In this document: positions 39,492 through 46,526 of the stretch, one piece after another
How positions within the stretch are numbered: the first letter of the stretch is position 1
How the letters are laid out: each line of letters begins with the position of its first letter
Assembly: GCA_903895475.1 (NCBI GenBank)
Contig: CAITUF010000036.1
Coordinates: 1 to 56,717 of the forward strand
Length of the DNA: 56,717 bases
Origin: an uncultured Opitutia bacterium
GTDB lineage: Bacteria; Verrucomicrobiota; Verrucomicrobiia; Opitutales; UBA953
Direction: 5' to 3'
Position numbers and translations under genes: made by a program
Notes under the pieces: model-generated
What the model was told of the DNA's origin: nothing
Database searches by the model: none
Seen by the model: only the letters and a program-made list of their open reading frames with translations

Positions 39492-40334
39492 TCAGCGGAA
39501 GAGGCGACTGACAGACCAGGCCGAGGCGATTAGACCCGAGCAGCAACCGACGGTAGCCACCAAGCCCACCGCGAGAAACCCCCGCCAGGCTGGCTCTTGG
39601 TGGGCGAAGCCCAGCGCCAAGAGGGCCAGGATAAAACCCCAAACCGGAACGGCACAGGCGGTCACCGGAAGCGCCAAGACCAAGCACATCGCGCCCAAGA
39701 CATAAGCCAAGGTGCGGAAGGTGCGCCGCCAACCAGCTTGGCCACCACCGAACAGCCGCAGTAACCCATGTACGCTGAATGCGATGACGAATGTGCCCAC
39801 GAAGGCCGCCAGCGGATAGAGTGCCAAGGCTCGGAAAAAATAGGTGAGGTTGAAAATCGCGGGGGCCGCTGTTTCCGGCATGCCAAACTTGCCGAGCAAC
39901 GCTGGCCGTAAGCTCAGCAGCACACTCCAGAGCGGAAAGCCAACCAGCACCGCGACGACGCTGGCCCACAACAGCCACTGAATGGGGGCGCGTAAACTGT
40001 CCGACGAAACCGCGGCGGTGAAGGTGGCTTGCGGCCGAAAGAGGACCGCCTTGAGCGTCGCCCACAGGGTGGCGAACTGCGGACGGGAATTCCAGCCCGT
40101 GACTTGTGCTTCCCACGGCAGCGCGGGCGGTGGCGGCTCGAGCGAAGCCACGGCGCTCACGCCACTGGCGAACTCCGGCCGGTGACGCAGCGCCACCCAA
40201 CCAGCTTCCCCTTCCTGCCAGGAAAGGGTGTCGGGCGACAAGCGCCCCGTGGCCAAACCAACGAGGACGGCTTGGGAATCCAACGTGCCTAGACTCTGGC
40301 CGCGGTCGGCGAGGTGGTAGGACTGGGAGGACAT
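39492..40334 (-). CDS. GYF_2-like domain / Yip1-like polytopic membrane protein, divergent paralog D
   Basis: The N-terminus YHLADRGQSLGTLDSQAVLVGLATGRLSPDTLSWQEGEAGWVAL keeps the GYF_2 pattern, followed by about 5 TM helices. The ATG lies 13 nt downstream of the tRNA-Arg 3' end. Confidence 0.65.
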   Translation of the reverse strand: MSSQSYHLADRGQSLGTLDSQAVLVGLATGRLSPDTLSWQEGEAGWVALRHRPEFASGVSAVASLEPPPPALPWEAQVTGWNSRPQFATLWATLKAVLFRPQATFTAAVSSDSLRAPIQWLLWASVVAVLVGFPLWSVLLSLRPALLGKFGMPETAAPAIFNLTYFFRALALYPLAAFVGTFVIAFSVHGLLRLFGGGQAGWRRTFRTLAYVLGAMCLVLALPVTACAVPVWGFILALLALGFAHQEPAWRGFLAVGLVATVGCCSGLIASAWSVSRLFR

Positions 40335-40347
40335 GGGGCGGGGAAAG

Positions 40348-40426
40348 TGGCGAGGGGGGCGGGACTCGAACCCGCGACCGGCGGCTTAGAAGGCTGCTGC
40401 TCTGAATCCAGCTGAGCTACCCCCTC
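40348..40426 (-). tRNA. tRNA-Arg (anticodon TCT), CCA encoded
   Basis: Manual cloverleaf: acceptor GAGGGGG/CCCCCTC, D stem GCTC/GAGC with an 11-nt loop, anticodon loop CTTCTAA, T arm GCGGG-TTCGAGT-CCCGC, discriminator G, CCA. One A:C mismatch in the anticodon stem. Confidence 0.85.
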
Positions 40427-40476
40427 GTAAAGACGAACCTAGGCGGCCGCCGACGAAGGAGCAAGCCGCCAAAGAA

Positions 40477-41439
40477 CTAGCAGACCAAGTCTCTGAACTG
40501 GCTGAAATCGGCCGAGAGACCGCTCGGCATGCCCTTATTGATCACCGAAACGGCGTCATGGGAATGGAGGGACTCGAGGTGCGAGCAGGCGATGACGAAG
40601 TCGCGCACGCGCGCATCGTGGTCGAATTGCTCGAAGACGAGGCGGGCCGCGTCTTCGACAAATTTAGAGTAAGCGCCATTAAGCTCGGCAAAAGCCTGCT
40701 CGTCTTCGCGCTTCACCATGACCTGGGTCTCGGTGTGCAGGCTGGCCAGACAGAGATCCTTCATATCTTCCACGAAGAGGGCTTTACCCGGGGAGACCTC
40801 GGCGATGACGCGCGCCTTGGAGCGCTGGGAGTGCGGGATACCGTAGGTGTCACGCTCTTCGCGGGCGTGCTCGGTCAACTCAGCGGAGCAAGGGCAGGCG
40901 GACGAATAGACGAAGTCGAAATGGACGTAGCGGCGGAGCCGGTCGAGGTCGTCGATGGTGGCTTCGAGTGTCGCCTTGTAATACTGCCAGCCTTCCAGGC
41001 CGGAGCGCAGCGACTTCTGGACAATCGGGTAGCGGAACTCAACGAGGATGCGCGCGCGGCTGCACTCGAGGTCCTTCTTGTAGCGAACCAGCACCTCTTC
41101 GAGCAGTTCATGGGACAGGACGCGGTCCTTAAACTCATAGAACGTGCGCATGATGCGCGACATGTTAATCCCCTTACGGTCGGCCGAGAGGGAGACCGAC
41201 CCCGTGACCGTGCATTCGAGCGGCACCGGCTTGCCATCGCGGGAGATGACGAGCATCGGCAGACGGAAACCCGAGATGCCCACATGCTGGATCGGCACGT
41301 TGGCACCTTGGATTAAAGACGCGTCCTTATTCTGCATATCGGGCAACGTCGCCCGATAGGCGTCATCCACCTTAAAGTTCCGGTCGTAGCGGCGCGATAA
41401 ATCGCGGCTGCGGGCGGGCTGGTCGGAGCGGCGGCTCAT
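40477..41439 (-). CDS. folE2: GTP cyclohydrolase I type 2 (FolE2/MptA family)
   Basis: 320 aa. LPDMQN ... [12 protein letters not shown] near the N-terminus and [14 protein letters not shown] near the C-terminus, as in COG1469/FolE2. Confidence 0.8.
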   Translation of the reverse strand: MSRRSDQPARSRDLSRRYDRNFKVDDAYRATLPDMQNKDASLIQGANVPIQHVGISGFRLPMLVISRDGKPVPLECTVTGSVSLSADRKGINMSRIMRTFYEFKDRVLSHELLEEVLVRYKKDLECSRARILVEFRYPIVQKSLRSGLEGWQYYKATLEATIDDLDRLRRYVHFDFVYSSACPCSAELTEHAREERDTYGIPHSQRSKARVIAEVSPGKALFVEDMKDLCLASLHTETQVMVKREDEQAFAELNGAYSKFVEDAARLVFEQFDHDARVRDFVIACSHLESLHSHDAVSVINKGMPSGLSADFSQFRDLVC

Positions 41440-41500
41440 GTGGTGGAGGGTGGCGGGAAAGCCCGCCTTAGCAAACGGACTGGAAAATTAACCCCTGCGC

Positions 41501-41576
41501 TGGAGCCACCTGCCGGATTTGAACCGGCGACATTCTCATTACGAATGAGATGCTCTACCAGCTGAGCTAAGGTGGC
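41501..41576 (-). tRNA. tRNA-Thr (anticodon CGT), CCA encoded
   Basis: Perfect cloverleaf: GCCACCT TA GCTC AGCTGGTA GAGC A TCTCA TTCGTAA TGAGA ATGTC GCCGG TTCAAAT CCGGC AGGTGGC T CCA. Confidence 0.9.
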
Positions 41577-41685
41577 GTCGCAGAGGACTGCTCAACATGG
41601 GGAGGCCGAACCGGAAATCAAGCCTTGGCGTGACCGGAATGCCCTCGCCTCTGCGGAAAAACAGGGCAAATTGCCCCTGCAACCT

Positions 41686-42792
41686 ATGCGTGCCGCCCTT
41701 ATCGCCCGCCAATTCGACGTCCAAGGAAGGCTCGTCACGGTCGAGCCCTACGGCTCGGGAAACGTCAACGACACCTATTTAGCCATCTTCCGGACGACCT
41801 TTTCGGAGCAGCGCTTCATCGTACAGCGCGTCCGCAAGGCCGTCTTCCCTGACCCCGAGGCGATCATGCAAAACATGCGCGTCCTCACGGATCACTGCCA
41901 CGCCAAGCTGGAGGCCGAATCCGATGGGGCGGACCGCATCTGGCAGCTCCCAAAGATAATCCAGACGAAGGGGGGCGAAGATTGGGTCACCGACGCCAAC
42001 GGGGATATCTGGCGAGCCATCTCGCAAATCGCCAGCGCCACGGCCTTCGAAAAAGTGCAAAATCCAGAGCACGCCTTCGAAGCCGGCTATGTCTTGGGCC
42101 ACTTCCACCGCATGGTCAGTGACCTACCCTGCAATCAACTCCGGTACGCCCTGCCTGGCTTCCACGTGACGCCTGGCTACCTGGCCAAACTCGATGCGGC
42201 CGTGGCCACGCCGGAAGGCCAAGAGCGCGTCCAAACTTCGCCGGAAGCCAAACGGGCACTGCGCTTCGTCGAAGAACGCCGCGGGCGTTGCAGCGTGCTA
42301 GAAAACGCTTTAAAATCAGGGGAATTAAAGCTTCGCACCACGCATGGCGACCCCAAGGTCGGTAACATCATGATCGATACGGCGACGGGTCGCGGGACTT
42401 GTATCGTGGACCTCGATACCGTGCAGCCAGGCCTCGTCCATTACGACATCGGTGATGCGACGCGCTCGGCCTGTAACCCTGCCGGAGAAGACGCGCCCGA
42501 CCTCGCGAGTGTCATCTTCGACCTCGACCTCTTTACCGCGATTTACCGCGGCTATCGTTCGCATGCTAAGGATTTCCTAAGTCCAGCGGAGCTGAAATAC
42601 CTGTACGACTGCATTCACCTCATCCCCCTCGAACTCGGGATTCGCTTCTTGGCGGACCATGTCGCGGGCGATGTGTATTTCAAGGTCCGCTACCCTGGTC
42701 ATAACTTACGGCGCGCGCTCGTACAGTTCAAGTTGGCGGAAAGCATTGAGGCACGCGAAGGTTCAATCCGTAAGGTCCTCGGCGAAAGCTAA
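41686..42792 (+). CDS. phosphotransferase (APH/kinase-like fold; N-acetylhexosamine/anomeric sugar kinase-like)
   Basis: GSGNVNDTY nucleotide loop, catalytic HGDPKVGNIMID, DLDT metal motif. ATG at 41686 chosen because the 41572 start overlaps tRNA-Thr. Confidence 0.7.
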   Translation: MRAALIARQFDVQGRLVTVEPYGSGNVNDTYLAIFRTTFSEQRFIVQRVRKAVFPDPEAIMQNMRVLTDHCHAKLEAESDGADRIWQLPKIIQTKGGEDWVTDANGDIWRAISQIASATAFEKVQNPEHAFEAGYVLGHFHRMVSDLPCNQLRYALPGFHVTPGYLAKLDAAVATPEGQERVQTSPEAKRALRFVEERRGRCSVLENALKSGELKLRTTHGDPKVGNIMIDTATGRGTCIVDLDTVQPGLVHYDIGDATRSACNPAGEDAPDLASVIFDLDLFTAIYRGYRSHAKDFLSPAELKYLYDCIHLIPLELGIRFLADHVAGDVYFKVRYPGHNLRRALVQFKLAESIEAREGSIRKVLGES

Positions 42793-42794
42793 CG

Positions 42795-43610
42795 ATGCCG
42801 ACGCCTCCCCCCGAGTCTTCGTGGATGTTCTGGCTGGCCGGCGTGGTGCTGGCCCTGCTCATGGCCCGCGGAGCTTGGCGGGGGTACAAGCGCGGACCAC
42901 TCCGGCAATTGGCTGGACCCATCGCCCTCACGGCGGGCCTCGCGATCGGTTGGGCCTTTGGGCCGGAGCTCGGACACTCATTACTCCACGGCACTTCCTT
43001 TCCTTGGCTCATGCGCGGTGCCGCCGGCGTGCTCGGAGTCACCTGCCTAACCGGCCTACTGGTCTACGGCCTGGCTTGGTGGATGGGGAAGCGCCCAGCG
43101 GGGGTCGATGAAGCCGAAAGCCCGGTACTCGGGTCGATGGTCGGGTGCTGGACGGGCCTGCTCTATTTCAGCCTCTTGGTTTTAGCGTTAGCGACCGTCG
43201 CCTCACTCCAAGAACTCATCGGTGGGCCCCAAGCGGCCCAAACCCACCTGTGTATTCAGGCCCGGAATCAAATCGCCGAAACCCCACTGACCCATTGGCT
43301 TAAGGACTGGACCCCCCTGCCCGACCGACAGAAACGCCTAATTATCCAGACCCGACTGTTAATGGGCGATCCCGAGGCTCGTAAGCGCCTGATGGCCATG
43401 CCGGAAATGCGGGGCCTAGCCACTCACCCATCCTTTTACCAAGCCTGGGAGGATAAGAAAGTTCGTGAGTTGTTGAATAACAAAGACTTAAGCGGATTTA
43501 TCGACCACCCTAAGGTTCGGGCGGTCTTAGCGGACGAGGCGTTTCAAAAGCAGGCCGATTCCTTAGATTTACCTGCCATTTTCGACCGGGCTTTAGCTAT
43601 TCACAAGTAA
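42795..43610 (+). CDS. CvpA-like membrane protein with C-terminal soluble extension
   Basis: About 4 TM helices with an ARGAWRGYKRGPLRQL loop typical of the CvpA family. Starts 3 nt after the kinase stop. Confidence 0.5.
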   Translation: MPTPPPESSWMFWLAGVVLALLMARGAWRGYKRGPLRQLAGPIALTAGLAIGWAFGPELGHSLLHGTSFPWLMRGAAGVLGVTCLTGLLVYGLAWWMGKRPAGVDEAESPVLGSMVGCWTGLLYFSLLVLALATVASLQELIGGPQAAQTHLCIQARNQIAETPLTHWLKDWTPLPDRQKRLIIQTRLLMGDPEARKRLMAMPEMRGLATHPSFYQAWEDKKVRELLNNKDLSGFIDHPKVRAVLADEAFQKQADSLDLPAIFDRALAIHK

Positions 43611-43679
43611 TTCACAGCGGGGTTTTTTTGTGGCAGAGGGTACCTAATTCCTTAGGTTTGAACTTCTCTCCCCAAAACT

Positions 43680-44552
43680 ATGAAGCCGTTTCCCTTCCTC
43701 ATTGCCGCTTTGGCGCTCACTCTGAACGCTCAGGACGCCAAGCCTGCTGCTGACCTGAAGCCGACGCTCGAAGTCGGTAAGGCCGCTGCTGCTGCTGCTG
43801 AGGCCCCTAAGGCCGACCAGAAGTTCTTCGCCCAAGTTTGGACCGCGACCTCCCCGCAGGAGTTCGTCAACTTCCAGCAGCGCATCCGTATCCTCTCCCA
43901 GCAGGTTGAGGAGTTCAAGCGCTCCCAGCTCTTCCTTGAAAACGCTCTGACCACCCCGGAACGCGAAGCCCGCAGCCACGAAATCGCTGCCAAGCAGGCT
44001 AAACTCCAGGCCGATAACGAAGCCATGGGTAAGCTCTACGGCGGCTTCAGCATCCTCCGCCCTTACCAGCTCGTCCCTACGAAGATCCTCTTCCTGACCC
44101 CTCTCTCCAACGACGAGTTCACCAAGGTTTCCGCCGCTAAGGATTTCAAGCCTGAGTCCGTCCTCTCCGTCGAAGACAAGAAGTTCCTCGTCCGCGACAC
44201 CATCGCTGGTGCCGTCGAAGTCGAAACCTTCTCCGTCCTCCTCAAGCAGATTGCCGAGACGAAGACCCAGCTCCAGCAGCTCGTCGACCTCCAGCCTAAG
44301 CTGAAGACCGACGAAGATAAGAAGAAGGCCGAAGAAGCCGTCAAGGCCACCCAGGAGCGCGTCAACAAGCTCTCCGAAGAGTTCAAGAAGTCCCGCGGCT
44401 TCGACTACCCTTCCGAAAACGGCACCATCCCAGCTGAAGCCAAGCTCTTCGTCCAGATCACCGAAGCCGAAAAGGCCCAGCTCGAAAAGGCTAACGCTAA
44501 GCCTGAAGAAAAGAAGGCTGACGCCCCGAAGACCGAAGAAAAAGCCAAGTAA
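43680..44552 (+). CDS. secreted hypothetical protein, two Skp/OmpH-like modules (paralog 1)
   Basis: Signal peptide MKPFPFLIAALALTLNAQ. Coiled-coil stretches alternate with the motifs GKLYGGFSIL...FLTPLSNDEF and SRGFDYPS...FVQITEAEKAQL. Strongly GC3/C-ending codon-biased. Confidence 0.65.
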   Translation: MKPFPFLIAALALTLNAQDAKPAADLKPTLEVGKAAAAAAEAPKADQKFFAQVWTATSPQEFVNFQQRIRILSQQVEEFKRSQLFLENALTTPEREARSHEIAAKQAKLQADNEAMGKLYGGFSILRPYQLVPTKILFLTPLSNDEFTKVSAAKDFKPESVLSVEDKKFLVRDTIAGAVEVETFSVLLKQIAETKTQLQQLVDLQPKLKTDEDKKKAEEAVKATQERVNKLSEEFKKSRGFDYPSENGTIPAEAKLFVQITEAEKAQLEKANAKPEEKKADAPKTEEKAK

Positions 44553-44593
44553 TTCCCCTCTGCCCCTACCCCTACCCCAAAACTAATCACACC

Positions 44594-45415
44594 ATGACCA
44601 CCGCTACCGAAACCCCGGCGCCTCGCGTCGACAACAACCTGCTCCAGCACGACAATAAGGTCTTCCTTAAGTTCGTGACGATCAGCAGCCCCGACACGCT
44701 GGCTCGTTTCAACAACGACCTCAACGTGATGACGGCTCAGGCTCGTCGCATCCTCGAGCTCAACCAGCGCATCCAGACCTCCCTCACCACCGGTGAGAAG
44801 GACGCCATCTCCAAGCTCCGTGACGGTGAACTCGCCGACTTCAACCAGAAGGACGACATCTTCGCTAAGGTGTACGGCTTCAAGGTCGACTCCGTCGCCA
44901 TCCGCCCGCACTTCATCCAGAACACGGCCATCCAGCTCATGACCCCCGTCTCCGACGAGCAGGTCGCCGAGCTCCGCAAGAATCCTGAGTTCAAGGAAGC
45001 CGACATCCAGGCCCGCGGTAACGCTAAGATGGTTGTCCTCTCCAAGGTGACCGGTGACCACATTCCCGTGCTCAACAACAGCATCGAAGTGATCCAGGTC
45101 CAGCAGAACACCATCCTGCAGCTCCGCGCAGCCGAACAGGCTGCCACCGATGAAGCCGCTAAGGCCCGCATCAAGGAAGAGCTCGCTAAGGCGACCGACG
45201 TCCTCACCAAGAACGCTGAGTTCATGGGCAAGACCTACGGCGTGGTGACCAACAACCTCGTCTTCGACGTGCTGGAAGCCCACTTCTGGGTCGCCCTCAC
45301 CCCGGACGAACTCAAGGCCTACGTCGCTCAGAACCACGGCACCGCTGCCCAGGCCCTCGCCGAAGCAACCGACGCCCCGAAGCTCGACGTCAAGAAGGAC
45401 AAGAAGAGCTCGTAA
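44594..45415 (+). CDS. hypothetical protein, two Skp/OmpH-like modules (paralog 2, no signal peptide)
   Basis: Collinear with 43680..44552 (AKVYGFKVDS...LMTPVSDEQV and GKTYGVVTNN...WVALTPDELKAYV). Begins MTTATETPAPRVDNN with no hydrophobic leader. Confidence 0.65.
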   Translation: MTTATETPAPRVDNNLLQHDNKVFLKFVTISSPDTLARFNNDLNVMTAQARRILELNQRIQTSLTTGEKDAISKLRDGELADFNQKDDIFAKVYGFKVDSVAIRPHFIQNTAIQLMTPVSDEQVAELRKNPEFKEADIQARGNAKMVVLSKVTGDHIPVLNNSIEVIQVQQNTILQLRAAEQAATDEAAKARIKEELAKATDVLTKNAEFMGKTYGVVTNNLVFDVLEAHFWVALTPDELKAYVAQNHGTAAQALAEATDAPKLDVKKDKKSS

Positions 45416-45439
45416 GAGTTCTTCCCACCTAAACACGAA

Positions 45440-45463
45440 GCCCGCCTTTCGGCGGGCTTTTTT
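45440..45463 (+). terminator. intrinsic terminator between convergent genes
   Basis: Stem gcccgcc/ggcgggc, loop tttc, followed by TTTTTT. Lies between the stop at 45415 (+) and the stop at 45468 (-). Confidence 0.75.
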
Positions 45464-45467
45464 GTGC

Positions 45468-46457
45468 CTAGAAGAGTTCGCCCTGCTCGGGGCCGGGCGC
45501 CGACTTAGCGGGGGGCGTAGGCGGCCGTATCGTGGGCTCGGAGGGCTTCTCCTGCCCCACAGACAAGCCGTGCTTCGCCTGATAGCGTCGCAAGGTCGAA
45601 TGCATCTCCATGGCCTCCAGGAAGGCCGCTACGCCGCTGACGTCTTCCATAGGAACATCGCCGGGCTCGAAGGCGAAGTCGGTCTTAAAACGCACTAAGG
45701 ACAGGTTGGAGCGGATACGGTCAGCATCGGCTTGGATCTGCTCACGGAAGCGCGCCGGCTCGATGGTCTCCACCGCCCCCAACACCCCTTCCAGGCCACC
45801 ATATTGCTGTAACCACTTCACCGCCGTCTTCGGGCCCACGCCTTTGAGGCCAGGGATATTGTCCGAGGTATCTCCGACCAGCGCGAGGTAGTCGGCGATC
45901 AAGGTCGGCGGCACGCCAAACTTCGCTTCCACGCCAGCCGCATCGAGGCGGCGCCAGCCGAGCGCGGGATTGGCGGTGGGCGGCGGCGCGAGCTGCAGCA
46001 CCTGAGCACCGACGCATTGCCCGAAATCCTTATCGGCGCTCACGATGATACATTCATCTCCCGCGGCGGCCAAACGCTGAACGGCTGTGGCGATTAGGTC
46101 GTCGGCTTCGACGCCGCGTTCCTGAATCACCGCAAAACCCAAGAGCGCCGTGAGCTTCTTGATTTCCGGCAACTGCAGGATGATGTCCGGCGGTGTGTCA
46201 TCGCGCTGCCCTTTGTAATCCGGGAGGACCGCCAAGTGCCGGTCGGAGCCCCCGAGGTCGAAGAAGACAACGCAACGGTCCGGCTTCTCGGCGTCGCGCA
46301 GGTCCTGCAGTGACTTAATCCAGCCGTGCAAGGCACCCGTGGGGAATTGATCAGACTGCCGGCGGAGGTTCGAACGCTCCATCGCGAAATGGCTCCGGAA
46401 GACTAGATTGAAACCATCGACAAGGAGCCAGCGCATGGGAGCGAGTGTCTCCGACAC
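45468..46457 (-). CDS. stand-alone 5'-3' exonuclease (FEN/Pol I N-terminal domain family) with Pro-rich C-terminal tail
   Basis: LLVDGFNLVFRSHFA, GVEADDLIAT, IVSADKDFGQ, LVGDTSDNIPGLKGVGPKTAVKWL (H3TH). Confidence 0.85.
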   Translation of the reverse strand: MSETLAPMRWLLVDGFNLVFRSHFAMERSNLRRQSDQFPTGALHGWIKSLQDLRDAEKPDRCVVFFDLGGSDRHLAVLPDYKGQRDDTPPDIILQLPEIKKLTALLGFAVIQERGVEADDLIATAVQRLAAAGDECIIVSADKDFGQCVGAQVLQLAPPPTANPALGWRRLDAAGVEAKFGVPPTLIADYLALVGDTSDNIPGLKGVGPKTAVKWLQQYGGLEGVLGAVETIEPARFREQIQADADRIRSNLSLVRFKTDFAFEPGDVPMEDVSGVAAFLEAMEMHSTLRRYQAKHGLSVGQEKPSEPTIRPPTPPAKSAPGPEQGELF

Positions 46458-46472
46458 GCCGATTGCTTCCAG

Positions 46473-46504
46473 AAAAAAGCAGGCCCGCCAAGAGGCGGGC
46501 CTGC
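46473..46504 (-). terminator. intrinsic terminator after the secretin gene
   Basis: On the minus strand: GCAGGCCCGCC-TCTT-GGCGGGCCTGC followed by TTTTTT. Confidence 0.8.
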
Positions 46505-46526
46505 GAAGGGCGAACTTCAGTTCAGC

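Noticed and set aside
39448-40200. 250-aa alternative-frame ORF on the same strand as paralog D
   Set aside because: Arg/Gly/Ala-rich with no TM or GYF features. The 39492..40334 frame has the GYF_2-like head and Yip1-like helices.
35356-40426. Genomic island integrated at tRNA-Arg
   Set aside because: There is no integrase, transposase or direct repeat of the tRNA 3' end at the distal boundary (about 35350-35480). Only local GC dips occur within two paralogs.
41664-41676. 13-bp palindrome GGGCAAATTGCCC just upstream of the kinase start
   Set aside because: It is too short to distinguish from chance without conservation data. It is noted only as a possible operator.
41572-41685. Upstream start of the kinase-like ORF
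   Set aside because: It would overlap tRNA-Thr. The internal ATG at 41686 gives a normal N-terminus ahead of the nucleotide-binding loop.
43611-43640. T7 run after the CvpA-like gene as a terminator
   Set aside because: No convincing GC-rich hairpin precedes the T run.
44405-45436. 343-aa minus-strand ORF
   Set aside because: Antisense to 44594..45415. The plus frame has normal composition, GC3 bias and a clear paralog next door, while the minus frame is Gly/Val/Glu/Leu shadow sequence.
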